Origin: Eledone cirrhosa
Taxonomy: Eukaryota
Length of the DNA stretch: 64,000 nt
Reading direction: 5' to 3'
NCBI GenBank assembly: GCA_964016885.1
Contig: OZ024741.1
Span: 336,226,001-336,290,000 of the forward strand
Shown: positions 53,338 to 64,000 of the stretch, in pieces
Numbering within the stretch: the first letter of the stretch is position 1
Layout: each line of letters opens with the position of its first letter
Position numbers and translations under genes: made by a program
The notes under the pieces: generated by a model
Database searches by the model: none
The model's input: only the letters and a program-made list of their open reading frames with translations
Told to the model about the DNA's origin: nothing

Positions 53338-53959
53338 CTTTTATGTTTTCAACATATGAATTCTCAGTAATATTTTTCTAAAACTCTTGTGATTGTTGTT
53401 GTTGTTATCAGCATAGTTATTGATATCAACAACAACAACAAAAGAGCTACTACTGCTACTACTACTACTAATATTTCCTTCAGTAATATGAAGATAGCTA
53501 TGAAAATATAAAAGAATACAGCTATGTCTGGCTTGGCTAACAAGCTCTTTCATTTTAGTATTGAACAGTTATTGGCCATAATAACTTGAATAGCTGAAGC
53601 TCCAAGCTATACAAAGGGGTTGCATGATGGGAAATTGAAATGACTCCTTCAAGTCTTTGCAATATTTTCTGGGGCGGAGTGGAGTGGGGCGGGGGTAGGA
53701 TATGGTACTTTTATTAAATCAATTTCAATGAATTTCTTTTTTTAACTGATTAACTTTTGACAGTTTGCCCCCACAAAATATATATTATTTGTGATTTCTA
53801 AAACAAAATATTTTTCTTTCAGAGTCTTTTAATTCACCATTCAAAAACAAAAAAAAAAAAATCTAAATAACATACACACAAAAAAAAAACACACAAACAA
53901 AAAAAAATATATATATATATATAAACGTGACATCATTTGATTGCTTTATTTCATTCTGG

Positions 53960-56386
53960 ATGACAACTCTATTTGGAATAATGTTGGTACAAGTATTTAC
54001 ATTGCTGCATATACTGCGTATGGCTTTGTCTGTGGATTTCATTTATTACCTGAAAGAAAGCAAAAGTCCTGGAACTTACATAGGTGATATTGGTGTTGAT
54101 ACCAACCTGATGGACAGTATATCTTTGCTAGATCGCAATCTGATACGCTTCAGTCAACTAGAAAAGGATGTAAGTAATATTTCACAGCTCTTTAATGTCT
54201 CTAAAAGAGGCAAGTTGTACACAGCTCAGACTCTAGATGCTGAATCTCTTTGTAAATATAACACAGAATGCTTCAAAATGGTTGATATTGCAGTAAGAAA
54301 GAAAAAATCTTTCATAAAAATATTAGAGATTAAAGTAGTTGTAGAAGATGTTAATGATCACCAGCCTGAATTTTTTAGCAATCAGGTAAACCTTCAGTTT
54401 TCAGAAGGTGATAAGAAAGGAACTACTAGATCAATTCCAAATGCTATTGACAAGGATATTGGTTTGAAAAATTCCAAAATTTCTTATTTTTTGTCAAAAA
54501 ATAAAGACAACTTATTTAGTTTAGCTCTCTCTAAAAGACTCGATAATTCATATTCACTAGGAATAACCTTGGAAAAAGAACTTGACCGTGAAATAAGAGA
54601 TTCGTATATGCTTCAAGTTATTGCCAGAGATGAAGGCTCACCAACAAAAGAAGGTGTATTAAACGTGAATATATCAGTAAGTGATGTTAATGATAACTCC
54701 CCTGTATTTACCCAGAATGTTTATAATGTTTCTGTGAACAATCAACATCAGATTGAGAAGCCAGTTATAACAGTACATGCAATTGATTCAGATACAGGGG
54801 AAAATAGTAAAATCTTATATCGTTTCAGTTCAAAGACGTCAGATCTTGTTAAAAATCATTTTGAACTTGCTAAGACAACTGGAGATATTTTCTTTAAAAA
54901 AAAATTGACTTCAAGAAAAAAGCTGACATATAAGTTATTCATTGAAGCTGAAGATGGTGGAAGTCCGCCATTAAGTTCTATCGCTATGGCTTTAGTAAAT
55001 GTTATCAACCAACAAAACAACGCACCAACAATAGATGTAAACTTCTCCGAGTCAACTGGGAATACAGCCACTATTTCTGAGGATATTGAAGTTGGCAGCT
55101 TTATTGCTTATGTTAAGGTCACAGACAATGATATTGGACAGAATGGGGAGGTTACCTGTGACCTTTTCCATGAGAAATTTCAGCTTCAGAATTTAGGCAA
55201 AAAGAAATACAAGTTAACTGTAAAGAATCCAGTTGATAGAGAAAAAAAAAACCATATCGATTTTACTATCACTTGTAAAGACAATGGATTACCATCTAAA
55301 AGGACGGAGAGAAAGTTTTCCATCCAAGTAATGGATGTCAATGATGTACAGCCACACTTTACTAAAAATACATTCAAGTTTTTGACATATGAGAATGAAA
55401 AATCAAATTTTCCTGTTGGATTCATTAATGCTAGTGACCCTGATTTGGGACTTGGAGGTCAACTAACCTTTACTTTGTTGAGTAGAGATAAACATATACT
55501 GCCATTTAAGATTTCTAATTTTGGATTTATTTCTACTACTTTAGCTTTAGATCATGAACAACAAGAAATTTATAAATTTAAAGTTTTAGTCAAAGATAAT
55601 GGAATACCATCATTAAACAACACAGCAGATGTTATTGTTGAAGTCATGGATGAAAATGATAATGCTCCATATTTTATATTCCCTAGTGTTAATCCATCTA
55701 ATTTAGATGTTCACTATCATCCAAAGAGTAAGAATGACATCACAGTTCTTCGCGCTTCTGACAGGGACAGTCATGTAAATGCTTTCCTCAGATATGAAAT
55801 ACTTGGTGGCAATGAAAAACAATTATTTACAGTCAATCCACATTCTGGTATACTGTCTTTTTCACGTCCAGTTTACCAAAACGATGCAGGATCTTATGAT
55901 TTAAAATTAGTTGTCAAAGACAGTGGTACACCAGTTTTGTCAACAACTACCACTTTATTTTTAACACTCACTGTTAGCAATACGACATCCAAGATGTTCA
56001 CAGCTGTAGATCCACAATCAGATGACATGATCCACATTAATTTATTTATAATCATTGTAATTGCAGCTGTAACTGTGTCCCTTGTTCTTGTAGTTTCTAT
56101 CACAGTATGTATTGTTCAAAGACATAATCAAAGGAATATTCGGTGTAGTAGTGGAGTGGATCATTCAAACAAATTTGTGGATCAAAGTAGACAATCTGAA
56201 TATTTTTGTGAACAAATGTCATCTGATTATGATGTACCTGTGGCTAGTTTGGCACGCTTACAAAATGAAAAATCATCCACATTAGGGCCAAGAGAAGAGC
56301 TTCATTCTAGACAAGACCTAACTCATAAAAGGACTAACCTCGCTATTGGAGTTCCTTGTCAAGCAACAACTGAAGGAATGCACCAG
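53960..56386 (+). CDS. Protocadherin, large exon: signal peptide, 6 cadherin repeats, TM and start of cytoplasmic tail (remaining exons presumably beyond the window)
   Basis: First in-frame ATG at 53960 (alternative 53981, MLVQVFTLLHILRMALS|VD). Cadherin motifs LDAE, C-x5-C (CKYNTEC), DVNDHQP, LDRE, DVNDNSP, DVNDVQP, DENDNAP, VKDSGTP; TM INLFIIIVIAAVTVSLVLVVSITVCIV. Acceptor TTTCTTTCAG| at 53822, donor CAG|GTAGGT at 56386/7. Confidence 0.95.
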
Positions 56387-56587
56387 GTAGGTAATATTAT
56401 TTTTATATTCTAATTCTATATATTTAAGTTATAGTTGTAAAACATTTGTGTGTATCATGTATGGTTTTTAGTTTAATACTTATCACGGATAAAAAAAATA
56501 AAGGTGACTATATGTATATATATATATGTAGTTGATGGATGAGAGAAAAGGGTACTCAATACCGAAGTAGAGTTTTAATATTCATTC

Positions 56588-56713
56588 TTATGGCTAAGTG
56601 GTGAGTCTTGTTACTGTTTCACCTGTGCACTTACAAGATCATCCAATGATCATGTGAGTGCACAGGTGAAACTCCATTGTCACAAGACTCACTACTTAGC
56701 TACTTAGCCATAA
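56588..56713. repeat. Imperfect palindrome in the Pcdh intron
   Basis: TTATGGCTAAGT..GTTTCACCTGTGCACT ... AGTGCACAGGTGAAAC..ACTTAGCCATAA. Confidence 0.85.
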
Positions 56714-56887
56714 TAAATATATATATATAAAATGCATAAGACAAATGAAGACTCACAAAAAATTAGTTGAAGTATACTGTTATGAATAACAAAAGATATG
56801 GTATTAATGATTTACAAATTTCACCACTAGAAATCTGTTATTCTAAAGAAACTAATACACAGATTAATACTGACACAATTCTTGGTA

Positions 56888-57080
56888 ATAATTGTTTCTA
56901 CGTTAGGCACAAGGCCAGCAATTACCCAGTGTATTACTGGTACTTTATTTTATCGACCCCGTAAGGATGAAAAGCAAAGTTAACCGCGGCGGGATTTAAA
57001 CTCAGAATGGCAAGGACCGCAACTCCATGCGCCAAAGCATGGCATCCGACACTCTACCAATACTGCCAATCCACCGCCTA
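56888..57080 (-). mobile_element. SINE (Meta-domain-like) with 15-bp TSD
   Basis: Reverse complement of 41105-41291; direct repeat ATTCTTGGTAATAAT at 56878-56892 and 57082-57096. Confidence 0.85.
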
Positions 57081-57379
57081 TATTCTTGGTAATAATGAAT
57101 ACACAGACATGCAGGTCCACATAGTTTGGGCCAGTTTGAATAGGTCTACAATTTTGATGGACCCATCTTCTTCCAGTTAGATTTAAAGACATGACCCTTT
57201 GGTAAAAAATCAACTTCTTGCTACATTGTTTCATTCTTTTACTTCTGTTACATGTCAGTATCATGTACACACACACACACACATGTATATATATGTATAA
57301 CAGTGAAACATTCATAAATCATTTACATGTAGCATTGATTACTAAAATATTTCACTCATTACCTGTAGATATTCTCACG

Positions 57380-58000
57380 TGAAATAGGACCTACATTTTA
57401 CATCTGGACTTACATTTTACTTGAATAGGATCGTACATTTCACTTCTGGTTTGAATCTCTTTTTAGTTGAAATGGTGTCCTACATTTCACATCTGGTTTG
57501 AATCTTTTCTCTGTTGAAATGGTGTCCTACATTTCACATCTGATTTGAATCTTTTCTCAGTTGAAGTGGTGTCCTACATTTCACATCTGGTTTGAACCTT
57601 CTTTTTTAGGTGAAATAGGGCCCTACATTTCACATCTGGTTTGAACCTCATTTTAGTTGAAATGGTGTCCTACATTTCACAACTGGTTTGAACCTCATTT
57701 TAGTTGAAATGGTGTGCTACATTTCACAACTGGTTTGAACCTCATTTTAGTTGAAATGGTGTGCTACATTTCACATCTAGTTTAAACCTCTTTTCAGTTG
57801 AAGTGGGAGCCTACATTTCACATGTGGTCTGGACCTTATTATCACTTGAAATGGGGATGTACATTTCACATATGGTTTGAACATATTCTCACTTGAAATG
57901 GGAGCCTGTATTTTACATATGGTCCAGACCTTATTCTCACTTGAAATGGAGCCTACATTTAACATTTGATCTGGATCTATTTTCAGTTGAAATAGGGGCC
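57380..58000. repeat. ~47-bp minisatellite, ~13 copies
   Basis: Unit CCTACATTTCACATCTGGTTTGAAYCTYWTTYTMAGTTGAAATGGTGT. Confidence 0.92.
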
Positions 58001-58194
58001 TGTGTTACCAGCATTACACAACCTACAGACACAAATATATCTACGATAATTTCATGATATTTTGAAATTCTCTTAGTTTAATAACAATCCCTGAATCCAG
58101 AAAACTTTAAATTATGTCATCTCCATGATTTAGCATCACTTTTTCATTCTTTGATCAAAATGTCTTCCATCTTTGTTAGCTAGATATCTTTACA

Positions 58195-58472
58195 ATGTTT
58201 TCCTGTAGTGTATATATTATTTTTTCCTGTAGTGTATATATTATTTATTTATTTATTTTACTTACTCTAGGCTCTCAAATGTTTTCTTGTAGTGTATATA
58301 TTATTTTTCCTGTAGTGTATATATTATTTATTTATTTATTTTACTTACTCTAGGCTCTCAAATGTAGTGTATATATTATTTTTTCCTGTAGTGTATATAT
58401 TTATTTATTTATTTATTTATTTATTTCCTGTAGTGTATATATTTATTTATTTTACTTACTCTAGGCTCTCAA
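58195..58472. repeat. Compound tandem duplication
   Basis: TTTCCTGTAGTGTATATATT repeats interleaved with three copies of TTACTTACTCTAGGCTCTCAAAT. Confidence 0.85.
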
Positions 58473-58551
58473 ATAATCGTTCCTGCTTCTGCTTATTAAT
58501 TTTAAAGATTTTTTCCAAACCCCTGCTCTTATTAAATTTTGCTAATTTATC

Positions 58552-58780
58552 TTAACCCTTTAGCATTTACATTACTCTATATATAGTATTGTATTTTTGT
58601 AGTAAAGGCTTTATTTTACATAATTATCTGACATAATATCGAATCTATGAAATTTTGATATTATTTATTTTGAGAACAATACCTTAACATCAGTATGGCT
58701 GGCTGGTTACAACCGCTTTCAACAGATAGAGGTGAGAGAATTCCAGTCGGATATGGCCATTTTAAATGCTTACAGGTTAA
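58552..58780. mobile_element. piggyBac-type MITE, second family
   Basis: TTAA|CCCTTTAGCATTTA ... TAAATGCTTACAGG|TTAA imperfect TIRs. Confidence 0.6.
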
Positions 58781-59285
58781 GTGGTAACATTCCTGTGAAA
58801 ATTAATATTTTTATACATTAAAAACATTATACATGACAGAAGAAAGTACATTACTAGAAATCCCATATGTTATAAAATAAATAGGATGGGTTGGGATCTC
58901 AATATGTAAACTAAACAACTAATTCTGGTTTTTAAAATATCAAGGGAGACAACCTAGAAAAATTACCGACTTTCCAACTGCCTTGCTTATTTCAACCGAC
59001 CCACCCCGCTTATTCAACAACCCCCTATTTTATTTTAATTTTATTCAATGTCACATTTGGTTAAAATAGCATTGTTGTTTTCCATAAATTTCCATTGGCC
59101 AATCACATGTTTACTCTATTTTTGATGGTGACTGTGACAAATGAATTGTTTTCCCAACTTGAGTGGTTGAACAAATAGTACACAAGTTGTTTTGTTTTAA
59201 ATCAATTGCTTTATTTATTTTTTGCAAAAGATATTTATGTATGCTATCGTGTATGTACATACATACATATATATAATATATATAT

Positions 59286-59489
59286 TGATTGTCAAATCGG
59301 ACTGAGGAAATAATGCTTCCATCGGTCTTTCCAATTACTAATACTATCTATCAGTCACAACTCCAGGTAGAAGGAGCAACGTGAAATAAAGTTTCTTGCT
59401 CAAGGACATAACGCATCACCCGGTCCGGGAATCGAACTCACAACCTCATGATTGCGAATCTAATTCTTTAACCACTCAGCCATGCACCT

Positions 59490-59490
<1 letters not shown>
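59286..59490 (-). mobile_element. tRNA-derived SINE, same family as 37207-37427
   Basis: Reverse complement contains TGGCTGAGTGG and GAGTTCGATTCCC plus the same body. Confidence 0.85.
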
Positions 59491-59530
<40 letters not shown>

Positions 59531-59534
<4 letters not shown>

Positions 59535-59685
59535 TGAGCTTCCTCCCTTCTCCAAAATTCCACTCTCAAGGCATTAATCACTCCAAGGTTATGCTGGAAG
59601 ACACTTGCTTTAGGTACAGTAAAATGAAATCAAACACATATATGTGGTTACAAATTCAATTTCTTAACCACGAAGCCATCCCTGC
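59531..59685 (-). mobile_element. Decayed tRNA-derived SINE
   Basis: Reverse complement begins GGATGGCTTCGTGGTTAAGAA and includes GCAAGTGTCTTC. Confidence 0.55.
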
Positions 59686-59857
59686 ACTCATTATTTGAAG
59701 CATAATTCCAAATATTTGAAAAAAAAAATGGTTATGTGAACGAGATTATTTATCTGAAAAATTCATAGCTATATTATAAATAGTTAATTTCGATTTTCCT
59801 ATATCACATGTTGTGTACAGATAACAATGTATTCCTACTTTATTTTCAAGTTTCAAC

Positions 59858-60127
59858 TATCGCCAAGTAGTAAGGGTGTTGAACCTACAATTATAATGTT
59901 ATGGGTTTGATTCATGGACTGGATTGTGCATTGTGTTCTTGAGCAAAACATTTCATTTCACATTGTTCCAGTACAGCTGAAATGAGTACCAGCAGTAGCT
60001 GGGGGTTTAATCCTGCAATGGATTTGTGTCATGTCCAAGGAGGAATCTTGTACTTTCAGTTGCTGAATGCCACAGAAACCGGAATAAGCACCGGTCTGAT
60101 GAGCCTCTAGGCTTGAAATAGACTTTT
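59858..60127 (+). mobile_element. Decayed SINE with tRNA head, CORE-like segment and V-domain-like 3' part
   Basis: GGGTTTGATTC B-box remnant; TGTGTTCTTGAGCAAAACA; CCTGCAATGGA...CAGAAACCGG...CCGGTCTGATGAGCC...AGACTTT. Domain names are from recollection. Confidence 0.55.
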
Positions 60128-60667
60128 AGAATTTTTACTCAATTGTGTTTCAAACATTTAAACTCACTTTTTGTTGAAGTTATTTTCTGTATCTCCCCTT
60201 CAATCAGGTCAGCTTTGATCGAGCTGACATATTATCAAATGTGTTCGACCTGTGACCATCACATCATATATTCAGACATAGTGTATCTGGGACTATATTT
60301 TCAAATATGTCCTTTCTTTTATAAGACGAACATATAGTTTGAAAGAACATATAGTTTGAACATATAGTTTGAAAGAAATCTATCTTCTGTTTTTAGCTGA
60401 TCAACTATCTGAATAAAGGCTTTCCTTGTTAGATGACTGGTATCTTAGACATAACAGGGCAATGTATATGATGAAAGTAGGATACAGTAATACTCATCAC
60501 CATGTTGTCTGAGACACATTTTTCAAAGCAGAGTAAGACTGTTTTCAAGCCCACTCCTCACATCTTCCACCCTGGGAATGAGTTCCTATTAAATTCAAGG
60601 GGGATGAGAGGTTGTTTTATATACACTGGTAGTTACTATATAAAACTATATACATTGTTAGTTGCTG

Positions 60668-62424
60668 TCATCATCATCATCATCATCATCACCGTTTTAC
60701 GTCCGTTCTTCCACGCTAGCATGGGTTAGACGGGTTGTCCTGTTGTGGGCAGTGTCTGGTCGGCTGACCATGCCTTGCTCATACAGGAACTGATCTGGCT
60801 TGATTTCTACAACTGGATGCCCTTCCTAACACCAACCTCATTTACAGTGAGTGCTGGGTGCTTTTTCGTGGCGCCTACATGTCCACTTTACAGTGTGGGC
60901 TGGGTGCTTTTTTGCCGTGGCACCTCCACGACCACCTTGCGGTGGGGGGAGTGGGGGCATATTGTTTATATGCTTCAGCATGTACCCATGGGAGGTCGGG
61001 TACCCTGTATTACTGCGTGACGCCAGAAGTCACGGTCGTGTGTCATTGTCTTTGAGAGGTGTAGTTGGGTAAGGTCGGCTTATATCACCTCATCCCAAGT
61101 CATCTTGGGTCTCCCCACTCCGCGGTTTCCATCAACTTCTAGTGCTCTGCACCTTTTTATGCAGCTGTCATCCTTCATACGCATCACATGTCCATACCAG
61201 CGTAACCGCCTCTCCTGCACGCAGCATTTGATTCCTCTTATGCTCAGTCTCTCTTTCAATTCCTTTATGCTTTGTCGTTCACGTATATTACTGTTACACA
61301 TCCATCGGAGCATGCAGGCTTCGTTTCTCTCTAATCTACGTAAGTCTTCCACCTTCAGCGCCCAGGTCTCACTACCATGCAACATCGCTGTTCGGATACA
61401 CGCATCATACAGTCTGCCTTTCATTCTGAGGGAGAAGCCTTTTGCATCTACCAGTGGCAGTAGTTCCCTAAACTTCTTCCATCCCGTTCTTACCCTAGTT
61501 ATTGTACTTTCTGAGCACCCACCTCCGTCGCTAATTCGGTCAGCTAGGTAGCAGAAGCTGTCTACTGTTTCTACAGAGTCCTCCCAGAGATTGGTGGTAC
61601 TTGTTTCTTGTGGCTGTTTGCTTGCTGTTTCAGCACAGCTGCTGCATGTGAATCCTACATTCTTAATTAAGCTTCCTGAGATCCCGCTACATCTCTTGTG
61701 TACCCATTGTTTGCATTTGGGGCAGAGAATGGAGTTCCTACCTACACCTTTCCTACATACTGAGCAAGGCCATTTCCCTGAGGGGATCTGGGTTCTGTTT
61801 TCTCGTCTACTTACAAGGACCTTAGTCTTTGTCATGTTGACTTTGAGGCCCTTTCTCTCTAGTCCCTGCTTCCAGGTTTGGAATTTATTCTCTAGTTCTA
61901 CTATAGATTCAGCTATGAGTGCGAGGTCATCAGCATACAGGAGTTCCCATGGGCATCCGGTCTTAAACTCCTCCGTTATTGCCTGCAGGACTATGATGAA
62001 CAGGAGAGGGCTAAGAACAGAGCCCTGGTGGACCCCAACCTGTACGCTAAATTCCTCGCTATACTCATTGCTAATCCTAACTTTGCTGACTGCTCCCCTA
62101 TACATGGCTTGTACCGCTTTCACAAGCCATTCATCTACTCCTAGTTTTCTAAGAGCCCACCAGATTACTACACGTGGAACTCTGTCAAAGGCTTTCTCAA
62201 GGTCGACAAATGCCAAGTAGAGTGGCTTACTTTTAGCTAGGTACTTTTCCTGTAATTGCCTCACAAGGAAGAGGGCATCAGTGGTGCCTCTCCCTGGTAC
62301 AAACCCAAATTGCATCTCGTCTATATTCACCCGGTCCCTAATCAGCTGTGCTATAACTCTTTCTGTTACTTTCATGACCTGGTCCATCAACTTTATACCT
62401 CTATAGTTTCCTCTATCTAGTGCA
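60668..62424 (-). mobile_element. 5'-truncated RTE-clade LINE with RT ORF, 3' UTR and (GAT)n tail
   Basis: RT motifs FVDLEKAFD, GVHQGSVLSPLLF, LLYADD, FCYL, HGSETW, RLRWYGHV, GRPKMTW. The frame continues past TAA (61080-82) to TGA at 60975. The 3' end is CCGTCTAACCCATGCTAGCGTGGAAGAACGGACGTAAAACG plus (GAT)n. Confidence 0.95.
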
Positions 62425-63830
62425 TATATATATAATTATATACACTGTAGTTACTGTATAAAATTATATACACTGTTAATTACTGTATAACACTATATAC
62501 ACTGTTAGCTACTGTATATAATTATATATACTGCTAGTTATTGTATAAAATTGAATACACTGCTAATTACTGTATATAATTATATACACTGCTAATAACT
62601 ATATAAAACTATATACACTGGTAGTTACTGTATAAAACTATATACACTGTTAGTTACTGTATATAATTATATACACTGGTAGTTACTGTATATAATTAGA
62701 TACACTGTTATTTATCTGTATATATATAAAATTAAGTATGTGTGTGTGTGTGTCTGTGTATTACCTATAGGGGCCTATAGTCATCAGGGAGTGTTTTCCA
62801 TATATCAGCATATCGTTTTTTTATTCCGGGGTCATTCTGCAGATAAAAATCGATAGGGGGGGTCACTTTTTTTAGGTATCGAAAAATAAGATTTTTGGCT
62901 CTAGCTCCTACATTTTGCCACCGATTTTGTTCAAATTTTAAAGCAAAATAGAATTTATCATTGCACATCCTGTAATGGCTTTATATTTTGAATTTGTTGT
63001 TCAGGGAGGGCGTGGCAGCTGCTTAAATATTAAAAAATACCACTTTTAGACTCAAATTTCCACCTTTTCGGCTCTAGCTCCCACATTAATCAACCTACTT
63101 TGTTCAAATTCTACACTACGCTAGATCTGATTATTTCACGTCTTAAAGTGGCTTTACATTTTGGATTTTTTTGTTCAGGAACGGCGTGGCAGCCGCTTAA
63201 ATATTCGAAAATACCACCTTTTCGCTCAAATTTCCACCTTTTCGGCTCTAGCTCCCACATTTTTCAACCGATTTTGTTCAAATTCGAAACTCCCCCCCCC
63301 CCAGCATGCCCCTTAGTCAGTCACCCGCGTTCCCCAGTGATAGAGGTCATCACCACCCTCCCCCGCAGGGCCTGTGTGTGACCATAGATATCATCGAGAA
63401 GCAGTCATTAAGACCAACACCTTTTCATCAAAGCAGATATTATTTTACCTACCCAGCAACGCTGGGTACTGCTGCTAGTTGTACATAAAACTATATACAC
63501 TGCTAGTTATTGTATATAAAAATATATACATTGGTAGTTAATGTATAAAACTATATACACTACTAGTTATTGTATATAATTATATACACTACTAGTTATT
63601 GTATATAATTATATACACTGCTTATTACTGTATATAACTATATACACTGTTAGCTATTGTATAAAACTATATACGCTGCTAGGTATTGTATATAAAACTT
63701 TATACACTGCTAGTTACTGTATATAGCTATATATACACTGCTAGTTACTGTATATATATAACTATATAGACTGCTAGTTACTGTACATAATTATATCCAC
63801 TGCTAGTTACTGTATAAATTTATATATAAG
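62425..63830. repeat. ~29-bp minisatellite interrupted by a Helitron (62715-63478)
   Basis: Unit TATATACACTGCTAGTTACTGTATATAAT on both sides of the insertion. Confidence 0.9.
62715..63478 (+). mobile_element. Non-autonomous Helitron
   Basis: 5' A|TCTGTATATATATAAAA; 3' hairpin TACCCAGC-AAC-GCTGGGTA (63450-63468) then CTGCTGCTAG|T; no TSD; three internal ~170-bp-spaced repeats (GGCTCTAGCTCC..TTTTGTTCAAATT). Confidence 0.8.
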
Positions 63831-64000
63831 TTTTTCTGTTTCTGAAAGATATTGTATACTACTTTTCTGTTAGGACGAGATACACCATAAACTCAATGTC
63901 AAATTTAATTAAGGTAAAAATAAAAAAAATTTCGTATTTTGAAATCCCTTTTTTTAATTTTACTTTCATATTTATCTAATTTGAGTTAGAATTAATAATT

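Noticed and set aside
53927-53959. ORF-track start at GTG and stop at 56413
   Set aside because: A eukaryotic start is more likely ATG 53960 or 53981; residues after 56386 are intron read-through past a CAG|GT donor.
60070-60127. Type III hammerhead (ACCGG-loop-CCGGT CTGATGA GCCT..AGGC TT GAAA)
   Set aside because: No UH cleavage site or stem III partner upstream, and extra bases before GAAA; explained as a SINE 3' region.
61105-62220. Plus-strand ORFs overlapping the RTE (and 27225-27548, 54856-56103 antisense ORFs)
   Set aside because: Antisense shadows of real coding frames with no motifs of their own.

Overview
AT-rich, repeat-dense animal DNA, most consistent with an octopus/coleoid cephalopod protocadherin (Pcdh) cluster (organism inferred from protein and repeat style). 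The first ~18.1 kb is a 64-bp satellite (~283 monomers) containing TTAGGGTTAGG; the monomer matches the 3' region of an RTE-related retroelement found elsewhere in the window. Two short exons (30185-30344, 34850-35139) splice in frame and look like the cytoplasmic tail of an upstream Pcdh; the second is absent from the ORF track. A second Pcdh has a large exon encoding signal peptide, 6 cadherin repeats and TM (coding ~53960-56386, ending at a phase-0 donor). The rest is RTE LINE fragments (one with a PHD-like finger C-terminal to YADD), a CRE-like retroposon 3' end, several SINE families, mariner-, piggyBac- and hAT-type MITEs, a non-autonomous Helitron, a Penelope-type minimal hammerhead motif, long palindromes, and mini/microsatellites, several apparently derived from transposon pieces. 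No CRISPR, rRNA or true tRNA gene was seen. All calls are by eye, without database searches.
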